DNA of 64,000 nt, from positions 34,816 to 98,815 of the IMG/VR virus record IMGVR_UViG_2917791510_000001; one strand, given 5' to 3'. The position numbers and the translations under genes are program-made. This document shows positions 11,194 to 19,849 of the stretch, one piece after another. Within the stretch, counting starts at the first letter, position 1; the number at the start of each line of letters is the position of its first letter. Source of the stretch: a virus. Taxonomy: Duplodnaviria > Caudoviricetes. The notes under the pieces were generated by a model that was not told where the DNA came from, did no database searches, and worked only from the letters and a program-made list of their open reading frames with translations.

Positions 11194-12134
11194 CATCCAT
11201 ACCCGGCGTGGACTACGCCTGGTCGCACCCGGGCGGGGCGGCGCTGAAGGCGGCGGGCAAGGAGTTCGCGTGCCGCTACCTCAGCCCGGACTCGTCCAAG
11301 AACCTGACCAAGGCCGAGGCCGCCGACCTCGCCGCGCACGGCATCTGGGCCGTGGTGGTGTGGGAGGGAACGGCCGCACGGGCCAAGGCCGGCATGCCCG
11401 CCGGTGTCGCCGACGCCAAGACGGCCTCGGTCCAGGCAGCCACGGCGGGCATGCCGAGCAGCAGGCCCATCTACTTCGCCGTGGACTTCGACGCCACCGA
11501 GGCGGACCAGACGTACATCAACGCCTATCTGGACGGCGCCGCGTCCGTCATCGGCCGGGACCGGGTCGGCATCTACGGCGGTTTCTACTCCGTCAAGCGC
11601 GCCCTGGACGGGGGTCACGCGAAGTGGGCGTGGCAGACCATCGCCTGGTCCGGCGGGCAGTGGGATTCCCGCGCCGTCATCCGGCAGGGCGCGCAGGCCA
11701 CCATCGGCGGAGTCTCCTGCGACCTGAACGTGGCGACCGCCGACGACTACGGGCAGTGGATGCCCGGCAAGACACCTACACCCGTGGAGGTAGACGTGCC
11801 ACTCACGAAGGCCGACCTGGTCACACTGGCCAAGACAGACGACGTCATCGGCGCGCCCGACGCAGCGGGCACGCCCGCCGGAAACACTTCCTGGACCCTG
11901 GAGTCGTACCTCCGGTACGGCTTCCTCCAGGACCGGGAGACCCATGATCTGGTCAAGGCGATGGCGACGAAGGTCGACGCGCAGGGCCAGACCATCGCCA
12001 AGCTGGTGCAGGCTGTGGCCACGCTCTCGGCGAACGTCGGCCACATCGACCCGGCGGCGATCGTCGCCGAACTGACGCAGGCCATCGAGTCCATCACCGT
12101 GCATCTGGACGTGCCGCCCGCGCCGACTCCCTGA
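11190..12134 (+). CDS. Endolysin (DUF1906/GH25-like glycoside hydrolase)
   Basis: GVDYAW...FACRYLS...PIYFAVDFD...GIYGG...WQTIAWS. Confidence 0.85.
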   Translation: MTSIPGVDYAWSHPGGAALKAAGKEFACRYLSPDSSKNLTKAEAADLAAHGIWAVVVWEGTAARAKAGMPAGVADAKTASVQAATAGMPSSRPIYFAVDFDATEADQTYINAYLDGAASVIGRDRVGIYGGFYSVKRALDGGHAKWAWQTIAWSGGQWDSRAVIRQGAQATIGGVSCDLNVATADDYGQWMPGKTPTPVEVDVPLTKADLVTLAKTDDVIGAPDAAGTPAGNTSWTLESYLRYGFLQDRETHDLVKAMATKVDAQGQTIAKLVQAVATLSANVGHIDPAAIVAELTQAIESITVHLDVPPAPTP

Positions 12135-12144
12135 CCTGCCCCAC

Positions 12145-12186
12145 CGAAGGCGCCGTGCCCTGCGTCAACGGGGTACGGCGTCTTCG
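12145..12186 (+). terminator. Hairpin terminator after the lysin
   Basis: CGAAGGCGCCGTGCCC/GGGTACGGCGTCTTCG. Confidence 0.6.
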
Positions 12187-12204
12187 CCGTGTTCGCCGGA
12201 CCGC

Positions 12205-12226
12205 TGTCGGTGGTGACCGATAGCGT
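12205..12226 (+). promoter_or_regulatory. RecA-NDp/PafBC-type DNA-damage promoter
   Basis: TGTCGGTG-N8-TAGCGT, ATG 8 nt downstream. Confidence 0.7.
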
Positions 12227-12233
12227 GCTGCGC

Positions 12234-12836
12234 ATGACGACCAAGTGGACTGACCAGCGCCTGGTGCGCTTGGACCGGACGTACGACCACGAGCAGGCCA
12301 GCGACGGGTTCTCCCGGTTCGGTCAGTATTTGAAGCTGAACGCCAACCTGTTCCGCGATGCCTGGCAGGACGAGCCCGCCCCGGTCAAGGACCCGGCAGA
12401 GTTCGCCGCTCACGCCTGGCGGGTGGCGACCGCGCCTGTGATGGCCCCCGGTTACGTCCGGTGGCGGCCGGACCTGCACGGCGTCACTCTGCACCGGGAC
12501 GACTACGACGGAGCCCTGTACGCCGAGATCCGGGTTCCCCTTCAGCACCACTACCTGCACGTAGGTGACAAGAGGCTTCCGTACACCTGGCAGGACTGGG
12601 AGCGGGAACGGTACGACGACCCGTTCACGGACCTGGAGGAGCCCCGCGACCCCAAGCGCCCGACCGTCCTGGCGTCGGCGGTCGTCCGTGTGCCGGGCCG
12701 GGAGTGGACCGGGCTGGTCACCCCGTCCGCCTACGAGGGCCGCAGGCTCACCAACGAGGCCATGGAGGCCGTGTCCATCGCGGTGCAGCACATCAACCGT
12801 GACGCAGGTCCGATCGTGGCACGCCTGCTGAGTTGA
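12234..12836 (+). CDS. Hypothetical protein (leaderless)
   Basis: ORF directly after the promoter. Confidence 0.7.
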   Translation: MTTKWTDQRLVRLDRTYDHEQASDGFSRFGQYLKLNANLFRDAWQDEPAPVKDPAEFAAHAWRVATAPVMAPGYVRWRPDLHGVTLHRDDYDGALYAEIRVPLQHHYLHVGDKRLPYTWQDWERERYDDPFTDLEEPRDPKRPTVLASAVVRVPGREWTGLVTPSAYEGRRLTNEAMEAVSIAVQHINRDAGPIVARLLS

Positions 12837-12844
12837 GCCACGTC

Positions 12845-12866
12845 TGTCAGTGGCAGCCGATAGCCT
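12845..12866 (+). promoter_or_regulatory. RecA-NDp/PafBC-type DNA-damage promoter
   Basis: TGTCAGTG-N8-TAGCCT, ATG 8 nt downstream. Confidence 0.7.
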
Positions 12867-12873
12867 GCGGGGC

Positions 12874-13449
12874 ATGACGACCGAGGAACCCCGGGGCGCA
12901 CGTACCCACGCCATCCCGCTGCCGCAGGCCCGCCAGGTCAAACGGGCCATCAACTCCCTGGACACCGAGCTGGGGATCAGTCGGCCTCCCGGCGCCCAGC
13001 ATCCGATGGGGGACCGGGGCTACGCGGCTCAGTACCTCGGGATGCTGAAGGCGATCGTTGCGCAGATGGAGGAAGGCCTGCGCGGCGGCCCGTTGCAGAC
13101 CGACGTGCAGAAGGGGTGGTTCGGAGCCTACGAACGAGACCTTCCGTCGATGTTCGCCAACACCGCCGCGCAGCTCCGGGACCTGTCGGAGTTCGCCCGG
13201 CAGGGCATCATGCAGGCGCCGCAGGCCTCGCAGCAGATGGCCGTGGCGACGACCGCCCTGCTCGCCGCGTCGCGGGCCTTCGCCGCTGCTGCGGAGATCA
13301 CCGTCGGCCCCGGCTCGCCCGACTTCCACGAGGGCGAGGTGATCCGGCTCTCCGAGGAGATGTACGCGGCGGCCGACATGCTTACCGACTATGTGGCGAA
13401 GAAGCGGGCCGAGTTCGGCGAGGGTGTTGCGGACACGGCCAATGAATGA
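12874..13449 (+). CDS. Hypothetical protein (leaderless)
   Basis: ORF directly after the promoter. Confidence 0.65.
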   Translation: MTTEEPRGARTHAIPLPQARQVKRAINSLDTELGISRPPGAQHPMGDRGYAAQYLGMLKAIVAQMEEGLRGGPLQTDVQKGWFGAYERDLPSMFANTAAQLRDLSEFARQGIMQAPQASQQMAVATTALLAASRAFAAAAEITVGPGSPDFHEGEVIRLSEEMYAAADMLTDYVAKKRAEFGEGVADTANE

Positions 13450-13462
13450 TTTAATCAAATCA
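13427..13462 (+). promoter_or_regulatory. Conserved phage promoter/operator
   Basis: TTGCGG-N17-TTTAAT within TGATTTAATCAAATCA; GACCAAGGAA at 13471. Confidence 0.75.
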
Positions 13463-13483
13463 AGAACAGCGACCAAGGAAGGA

Positions 13484-13678
13484 ATGACCCTGCGAGAAGA
13501 CGCAGCAATCGTGCGTGCTCAGGAAGTCTGGCCAGAAGCGGAAGGTTTCGAGCCCGCCCCCGGCGGCTGGACGTTCAGGGTTGGCGGCGGCTACGCCTGG
13601 GTCACGAACTCTGGCATCGTGTCCCCCGACCCCGAGGGCCTTCGGAGTCATGCACGTCAGCGTCTGGCAGTTCACTGA
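13484..13678 (+). CDS. Hypothetical protein
   Basis: ATG follows the GACCAAGGAAGGA leader. Confidence 0.6.
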   Translation: MTLREDAAIVRAQEVWPEAEGFEPAPGGWTFRVGGGYAWVTNSGIVSPDPEGLRSHARQRLAVH

Positions 13679-13968
13679 TGAGCGCCCTGGAGCTTCGTGC
13701 GTACATCACCAGGGATGACTCGGACCAGCAGCTCCGCGTGACCGTCCATGAGGACTGTTCGCTCTACAGCCGAGGCGTTCCCAACTGGACCCTGTCCTGG
13801 GCGTTCCCGATCGTGGACGATGGGGTGGACCACCTGTTCGGCTCGCAGTCCGAGAAGCCGTTCGAGGAGGCCGACCGCATCCTGGCCGAGCACGGCTGGA
13901 CTCGCGAGGGCCGTTGGGCCGTTGGCGACGTCGTCACCGGCACGTACGCGCGCATCGCTCGCGCCTGA
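13678..13968 (+). CDS. Hypothetical protein
   Basis: TGATG coupling. Confidence 0.6.
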   Translation: MSALELRAYITRDDSDQQLRVTVHEDCSLYSRGVPNWTLSWAFPIVDDGVDHLFGSQSEKPFEEADRILAEHGWTREGRWAVGDVVTGTYARIARA

Positions 13969-13977
13969 CCACGCATC

Positions 13978-14014
13978 ACGAAGCCCCGGAACCGCCTGGG
14001 TTCCGGGGCTTCGT
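13978..14014. terminator. Bidirectional hairpin (GAAGCCCCGG family)
   Basis: ACGAAGCCCCGGAACC/GGTTCCGGGGCTTCGT between convergent genes. Confidence 0.8.
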
Positions 14015-14018
14015 CGCG

Positions 14019-15119
14019 TCACAGGAACCGGTCCACCAAACCCTCGTAGACCTTCACGGCCGCCGCCGCGTGCCGGCGCTTGAGCGCTTCGTCGTCCCGG
14101 CGCCGGATGTAGCGCATCGTCGTGGCGATGTGGGAGTGGTCGGCGTACCGGCGGATGTCGTCCACCGTGGGCTTCCCGTCGTTCGACGCCTGGCCCTCGT
14201 CGTACATGTGCGTCAGCTTGGAGGCGCGCAGCACGTGCGGGGTGAGGTCCCGGCCGGGGAGCACACCGGCCTCACGGCCGAGGCGGTTCAGCAGCCGGTC
14301 CACAGCGTGCCGGTCCATCGCCCGGCCGTCGTCGTCCAGGAACAGCGGCCCGGAGGTGCGCCCCTCCCAGCACCGGGCGCCCAGCTCGCACAGCAGCGGC
14401 GGCAGAGTGAACTTCCGGCCCTTGCCGCCCTTGCGGGTCAGGTCCAGCTTGCACTCCCCGCCGACGGACGTCAGGTGGTGCATGCCGGCGGCGCAGCACT
14501 CGGAGACACGGCCGGCCAGCGTGTAGATGAGCACGGGCACGAACGCCTGCCGTGCCGTGGCCGCCTGCTCCACCACGGCCTGAAACTCCGGGACCTCGAG
14601 GACCGGCGTCATCGCCGTCTCGTCGTCCTGGTCGATCCTCGGCCGGTCGTACTTGGTGACCGGGTTGATGATGTCCAGCCGGGTGCGGAACCTGGTGTAC
14701 TCGATGAGCGAAGTCAGGCTGGACGCCAGGCGGTTGACCCGTCGCGCGCCGAGGCCGATGTCATCGGTCCACGCCCGCCACGCCGGGATCACGTCGGACG
14801 TGATGGCTCCGAGGTACCACGGCTCCGTGCCCGCCAGCTCCCGGCCGGCGCGAGCCCAGTGCCGCACGTCGTCCGCGTACTCGCGCCGCGTGCCGTCGGA
14901 CGTCAGCCGCTCGGAGGACAGCCACCCGCAGACGTGCTCGAACGTCTGCGCCTCGCACAGCTCGTGCAGCAGGTCCAGGCGGTGCACGCGCGGGCCGAGG
15001 CGCCGGGTCCTCGGGTCGCGGGGCGCGACGGTGCCCAGCCGCTCGCGCAGGCGCATCACCGTGCGCAGGGCCGGGTCGTCGGTGGCGAGCGTTCCGTGTT
15101 CCGTGGTCGTGAGGGTCAC
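14019..15119 (-). CDS. Tyrosine recombinase/integrase (XerC-like)
   Basis: GRVSE (R), RKGGK (K), HVLR (HxxR), HSHIATTMRY (H, Y). Confidence 0.9.
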   Translation of the reverse strand: MTLTTTEHGTLATDDPALRTVMRLRERLGTVAPRDPRTRRLGPRVHRLDLLHELCEAQTFEHVCGWLSSERLTSDGTRREYADDVRHWARAGRELAGTEPWYLGAITSDVIPAWRAWTDDIGLGARRVNRLASSLTSLIEYTRFRTRLDIINPVTKYDRPRIDQDDETAMTPVLEVPEFQAVVEQAATARQAFVPVLIYTLAGRVSECCAAGMHHLTSVGGECKLDLTRKGGKGRKFTLPPLLCELGARCWEGRTSGPLFLDDDGRAMDRHAVDRLLNRLGREAGVLPGRDLTPHVLRASKLTHMYDEGQASNDGKPTVDDIRRYADHSHIATTMRYIRRRDDEALKRRHAAAAVKVYEGLVDRFL

Positions 15120-15298
15120 GGCTGAGGAGCCTCCCCGCGCTCGGCGTGCCGCTGCTCGCACCCTTCGCTGTGCTGATGAATCTCGTACCGCCCTTCAGCG
15201 GCCACGGCGCACTCGGCACAGCAGTACGCGACGTGCGGTTTCACCTGCCGGAAGCAGTCCGGCTTGTCGCATTCCTTCAGCATCCACGAGAGGATCAC
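15116..15298 (-). CDS. Small Cys-rich hypothetical protein
   Basis: CDKPDC...YCCAEC; coupled to the recombinase. Confidence 0.55.
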   Translation of the reverse strand: MILSWMLKECDKPDCFRQVKPHVAYCCAECAVAAEGRYEIHQHSEGCEQRHAERGEAPQP

Positions 15299-15501
15299 GG
15301 CTGGCCTCCCGAGTCATCGGCCCGGAGAACGGCGCTGAACTGCCGTAGACCGATGATGGCCGCCGCGACGGTGCCCGGCTTCGGCTGTACGCCGAACAGT
15401 TCATACTCCAGGACCGCGATGCGAGTGTGGTCCGGACGCGGAGCCGGCGACGCGGGGCGTGTACGGCGGGACCAGAGTCTCATGCGCACACGATGCCACA
15501 T
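15295..15501 (-). CDS. Hypothetical protein
   Basis: Coupled ORF; start uncertain. Confidence 0.45.
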   Translation of the reverse strand: MWHRVRMRLWSRRTRPASPAPRPDHTRIAVLEYELFGVQPKPGTVAAAIIGLRQFSAVLRADDSGGQP

Positions 15502-15580
15502 CCCAAGATCATTTAGAACACAAAGCGTGTGTTTTGAGCGGCCATGTTTTGCGCTTCTCCCAGAGCGATTCTGCGAGAAC

Positions 15581-15617
15581 GACGAAGCCCCGGGACACCG
15601 CGTCCCGGGGCTTCGTC
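15581..15617. terminator. Hairpin terminator (GAAGCCCCGG family)
   Basis: GACGAAGCCCCGGGAC/GTCCCGGGGCTTCGTC. Confidence 0.8.
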
Positions 15618-15622
15618 ATGCC

Positions 15623-16288
15623 CTATGTCCGCGCCCGCACGATCAGCGTGCCCGGGTCCCCGGCGGCCGGGCTGGGCAGTACCTCCGCACGCACGTCGGT
15701 GAAGTTGTGCCGCTTGAGGATCCCCGCCCACTGCTCGGCGCTGTACTGCCAGCGGTGGACGACCAGTTCCGACTCGCGGCCCTCAAGCCACTTGCCGCCC
15801 ATCTGCTGCGCCCCGTACTCGTCGCCGGCCGGCTCGCGGTGGGAGAACGCGAACACCCCGCCGGGCGCAAGGCGCCTGATGACGAGCGGGAACAGGCGCT
15901 CGGGGTCGGTGAACCAGACCGCGCCCCATGTCGAGTAGACGGCGTCCCACTGCCACGCGTCGTTGTCGAGGAACGCGCACGCCTCCGCCAGCACGAACTC
16001 CAGGCCGTCGGTGCCCTCCCACAGCGCACGGGCCCGTCTGACCTGGACCTCGGAGAAGTCGACGGCCGTCACCTGCACGCCGTGGCGGACCAGGAACGCG
16101 GCGTTCTCGCCTTCTGCCGGGCCGAGGTCCAGCGCAGTCTTCGGGTCGCCCAGCAGCTCCGCTCCGGGCCCGTGCCCGGGGATGCCGGTCCAGTCGAACC
16201 GGTCTGCCGCCGGCCGTGGCTGCGGCCCGTCTCCCCGGTGGGGCTTGTACGTGTCCCAGTACTCGGCGGCGGTCGTGGGTGCGGGCAT
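15623..16288 (-). CDS. Class I SAM-dependent methyltransferase
   Basis: ALDLGPAEG, VTAVDFS, LAPGGVF. Confidence 0.85.
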   Translation of the reverse strand: MPAPTTAAEYWDTYKPHRGDGPQPRPAADRFDWTGIPGHGPGAELLGDPKTALDLGPAEGENAAFLVRHGVQVTAVDFSEVQVRRARALWEGTDGLEFVLAEACAFLDNDAWQWDAVYSTWGAVWFTDPERLFPLVIRRLAPGGVFAFSHREPAGDEYGAQQMGGKWLEGRESELVVHRWQYSAEQWAGILKRHNFTDVRAEVLPSPAAGDPGTLIVRART

Positions 16289-16434
16289 CGGGGCCTCCAG
16301 TGACGGTGGTGGGCGTCAGAGGCGTCAAGCTACCCGTCTGTCACTCGGGGCATGTGGGAAGACCGGAATTGGCCCCAATGAGTGCAAAAGAGCCCGAAAC
16401 CACCTTCATGGCGGTCCCGGGCTCTTCGCGGGTG

Positions 16435-16899
16435 TCAGTGGCAGTTCGAACCGGGGTGGCACGGCCCGCACTTGCCGAAGTCGGCCTCCCACAGCGACCA
16501 GTCCACCGGGAATCCGGCATCGGCGAGTATGTGCGCGGTGCGCTCGACGCTGCCGTCGTTCTTGAACGCGATCTCCGGGATGTGCTCGAGGAACTTCCCG
16601 TTGAAGTGCTCGGCACAGAACTCGCGGTAGTTCCGGGTGTCGAGGATGAACGTGTGGACGGCGATGTCGACGATCCGCCCGGCGCACATCTCCAGCCGCT
16701 GGCCCCAGCGCTCCATGGCCGTGATGAGGTAGGAGACGGCCTGGCCGAACAGCCTCTCCGCCATCACCTTGTCGAACGGGTAGTCACGCATGAGCAGGGT
16801 GACCTCGCGGTCCCACACCTCGGGGCTGACGTAGTCACGCGGGCTGCGCGTGGCCTCGTAGTCCTCGGGGTTCTTCTGGACGATCGCCGGTGCTGTCAT
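16435..16899 (-). CDS. Glycine-rich-domain (GRDP)-like protein
   Basis: VDIAVHTFILDTRNYREFC...FLEHIP; Cys-rich C-terminus. Confidence 0.7.
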   Translation of the reverse strand: MTAPAIVQKNPEDYEATRSPRDYVSPEVWDREVTLLMRDYPFDKVMAERLFGQAVSYLITAMERWGQRLEMCAGRIVDIAVHTFILDTRNYREFCAEHFNGKFLEHIPEIAFKNDGSVERTAHILADAGFPVDWSLWEADFGKCGPCHPGSNCH

Positions 16900-17171
16900 G
16901 GTGCCCTCGATTCTGGCGGTTCAGGGTCCCGCCGGTGGCCTGTTGTGGGGTGCGTGCGGTCCGGCCGCGTCCGGCTACATCACGAACAGCGGTCGGTACA
17001 GCGCGAGTTGGGGACGACGTCCCTCAGACAATCGTCCCTCCGCACCCGGCGCACGACAAGGGCGGAAACGGGGCGCACAGGGCACAGTGGGGCGCTCCCT
17101 ATGATACCCCGTCAAATCATAGGAATTTGTCCAACCGGCCTTCGCGGGCGCACTCGCTGACCGCAGACACG

Positions 17172-17206
17172 ACGAAGCCCCGGAGCCACCACGCCCCGGG
17201 GCTTCG
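17172..17206. terminator. Hairpin terminator (GAAGCCCCGG family)
   Basis: CGAAGCCCCGG/CCGGGGCTTCG. Confidence 0.7.
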
Positions 17207-17223
17207 CTGCTGAGCCCGACCCG

Positions 17224-17604
17224 TCACACCGGCCAGTGCCGTCCGGTGGCCGGACCGAACGCGGCGGCGTAGGCCTGGTGGAGGTAGTCGCCCGGCTCCC
17301 ACCGGGACCCCTCGGCCCCGTAGACGACGGCATGGCCGGCCCGCTCGATGACGCCGGTCAACTCCGAGAACTGGGAGACGAGCAGCCGCGCGGTGAGTTC
17401 CACGACCGCCGGCGCCGGGAGGGCCGCCGCGCCCTCGTCCTTGGTCTCCGCCAGCACGGCCGCCCGAATGGCGAGCACCCGCACCGCGTCCTCGGCGCAG
17501 CCTGCCACGTCGGGCATCTCCGGATCGGCCGTCCAGGCGGAGAGGATCCGGGCGGCGCGGCGGGCGGTCTCAACGGTGGCGGGCAGAGCGAGGGTCGCAG
17601 GCAT
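17224..17604 (-). CDS. Hypothetical protein
   Basis: GGAGG RBS. Confidence 0.6.
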   Translation of the reverse strand: MPATLALPATVETARRAARILSAWTADPEMPDVAGCAEDAVRVLAIRAAVLAETKDEGAAALPAPAVVELTARLLVSQFSELTGVIERAGHAVVYGAEGSRWEPGDYLHQAYAAAFGPATGRHWPV

Positions 17605-17725
17605 GTCGTCCTCCGGGTGTCGGCTGGCTACGGGTACACCCTGCCCCGTGCCCAGGGGTGTCGTCGGCGCCCTAACGGGGTGTCATTCCGGTGTCATTCC
17701 AAGCCCGTTCGGGTACACCACCGAT

Positions 17726-18436
17726 ATGGCTACCTCACCGAATCTGGCTCTGCGCGCGGTGCGCGAGGGCCTTCTGCTGAGTCAAGAAGAGCTGGCCCGT
17801 GCGCTCCAGCGGGCTGGGGCGTCCACCGCGTCCAAGCGGCTGGTGCAGCGCTGGGAGCACGGGGACATCGCCTGCCCGCAGGCGGCCCACCGCCGCGCCC
17901 TGGAGCGGGTCACCCGCCGGTCCGCCGAAGAACTGGGCTTCAGCGTCTCCGGGGCCGACGACGGAGGACTACCCACGAGCCCGGCAGAGCAGCCGGCCGC
18001 ACCGCTGCACAGCCTGTCCGGCGTGTGGCTGTCCCGGTATGAGTACCCGTCGTCCGGCCGGGGTGCGACTCTCACCGGACTGCACTACGTCGTGCTGCTC
18101 CAGCACGGGTCCCGGCTGACCGTGCAGTCCCTGCCCGGGGCGTCCCTGAACCCGGACTCGCCGCTGTCCATGGACCTCACCGTGGACGGGGTGACCGTCA
18201 CCGGGGCATGGACCGAGCAGACCGCCAAGGACGGCTACTACAAGGGCGCCCGGTATCACGGTGCGATTCAGCTCCTCGTGGACCCGACCGGCCGACGCCT
18301 GGAAGGCATGTGGGTGGGGTTCGGCAAGGACTTCAGCATGAACACCGGCCCGTGGTCCCTGTCCTTCCGCACCGCCAACCGGTCCCGGCAGTCCCTCGCC
18401 CAGTTCCACCGACCGCCCGCCTCCGATGAACGCTGA
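17726..18436 (+). CDS. XRE-family HTH regulator with C-terminal beta domain (candidate repressor)
   Basis: LRAVREGLLLSQEELARAL...VQRWEHG...EELGF; upstream GTGTCATTCC direct repeat at 17680-17700. Confidence 0.8.
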   Translation: MATSPNLALRAVREGLLLSQEELARALQRAGASTASKRLVQRWEHGDIACPQAAHRRALERVTRRSAEELGFSVSGADDGGLPTSPAEQPAAPLHSLSGVWLSRYEYPSSGRGATLTGLHYVVLLQHGSRLTVQSLPGASLNPDSPLSMDLTVDGVTVTGAWTEQTAKDGYYKGARYHGAIQLLVDPTGRRLEGMWVGFGKDFSMNTGPWSLSFRTANRSRQSLAQFHRPPASDER

Positions 18437-18452
18437 TGGGAGGATGTGACCC

Positions 18453-18842
18453 ATGAAACCCCTGGACGTACGGCCCGACATCGACGCGGCAACCGCAGCC
18501 CTGCCCAGCGCTCTCGGCGCCAAGCGAGAGATCCGCAAGCTCCCCGGGGTGCTGTGGGAGGGCGAGACGGTGGAGCGCCTGGCCATAGGCCAGTACGGCG
18601 GCGGGCAGGGTCTGGTCGCCATGACGGACAAGCGGCTGCTGTTCTTCAAGCACGGGTTCCTGTCCCAGACGCTCGAAGACTTCCCGTACAACAGGATCAG
18701 CTCTGTGCAGTGGAGCGCCGGCCCGCTCATGGGCACGCTGACCGTCTTCACCTCGGGCAACCGAGCTGAGATCAAGTCCATGCCGAAGGACCCCGGCAAG
18801 ACCCTGGCCGACAAGCTGCGCGCCCGCCTCGCCGGGATGTGA
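18453..18842 (+). CDS. Bacterial PH-domain (YokE-like) protein
   Basis: GETV...GLVAMTDKRLLF...FPYNRISSV. Confidence 0.75.
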   Translation: MKPLDVRPDIDAATAALPSALGAKREIRKLPGVLWEGETVERLAIGQYGGGQGLVAMTDKRLLFFKHGFLSQTLEDFPYNRISSVQWSAGPLMGTLTVFTSGNRAEIKSMPKDPGKTLADKLRARLAGM

Positions 18843-18851
18843 GCCGGCCCA

Positions 18852-18883
18852 TAAGCCCCGGAACCGTGAGGCTCCGGGGCTTA
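18852..18883 (+). terminator. Hairpin terminator (GAAGCCCCGG family variant)
   Basis: TAAGCCCCGGA/TCCGGGGCTTA. Confidence 0.75.
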
Positions 18884-19038
18884 GTTGTGCGAGTTGGTGC
18901 GAACACGCATCGGACGTACAGTGCGGCACGCGAGCCCCAAGACTTCCTCGGGTCGTGGGTGCGCAGGGGTGCGAGAGTCCCGCCGTTCGTGGTGGCCGGC
19001 GGGGCTCTCGCGCGAACGGCTACCGGTGGGAGGGCTGA

Positions 19039-19770
19039 ATGCCCCGGGACTGGCTGCTGCGGCAGAACAGCGAGCTTCGCCGCGAGGGGATCTTCAACTG
19101 GTCGTTGCCCGCGTGGGCAGGCCGGCTGCCGGACGGCCGGACGTACAACACGTGCCCCTCGGCGGGGGCCTGCGCCAAGATCTGTTACGCGAGGTCGGGG
19201 ACCTACCGCTTCCGGAACGTCCTCGCCGCGCACGAGCGCAACCTGATGATGGTCCTGGACGACCTGCCCGGCTGGGAACGCCGGATGACCGGGGAACTGG
19301 CCCACCGGCGGTACGCCGACCGGCACGTGCGCATACACGATTCCGGAGACTTCCTGAGCCCGGAGTACCTGGACGCCTGGCTGCGCATCATGCGCGCCAC
19401 CCCGGCGACCACGTTCTACGCGTACACCAAGGAAATCGCTCTGTTCAAGGCCCGGGTGGAACCGGACCCGCCTGCCAATTTCAAGTGGGTCTACTCGCTC
19501 GGGGGCACCCAGGACCACCTCGTCGACAAGGACTCCGATCGGCACGCCGACGTCTTTCCCGACGACGAGTCCATGGAAGCCGCCGGGTACACCAGCCAGA
19601 ACGAGTCCGACCTGCTCGCCGTCTACGGCCCACCGAAGGTCGGGATCCCGTCCAACAACATCAGGCACCTCCGCCGGATCCAGGGAGCGGCCAGCTTCGG
19701 CGAGTTGCAGGAGCAGCGGGACAACCGGCGACGCGGCCCCGGCAAGCAGTACCGGACCGACCGCCCGTAG
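19039..19770 (+). CDS. Phage Gp88-like protein
   Basis: TCPSAGACAKICYA, VRIHDSGDF, FYAYTK. Confidence 0.75.
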   Translation: MPRDWLLRQNSELRREGIFNWSLPAWAGRLPDGRTYNTCPSAGACAKICYARSGTYRFRNVLAAHERNLMMVLDDLPGWERRMTGELAHRRYADRHVRIHDSGDFLSPEYLDAWLRIMRATPATTFYAYTKEIALFKARVEPDPPANFKWVYSLGGTQDHLVDKDSDRHADVFPDDESMEAAGYTSQNESDLLAVYGPPKVGIPSNNIRHLRRIQGAASFGELQEQRDNRRRGPGKQYRTDRP

Positions 19771-19849
19771 CGTCCTCGTTCGCCGTGAAAACGGCTATTC
19801 GGATGATCGCGGCTACCATGCCCCCGGATCCGAACCGGGGAGGTATGCC

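Noticed and set aside
13969-15580. attP site near the tyrosine recombinase
   Set aside because: No tRNA-like core or arm-type repeats could be identified by eye
10621-17446. GACCAAGGA matches inside coding regions (10621, 17438)
   Set aside because: Explained by Thr-Lys-Asp codons and not next to start codons
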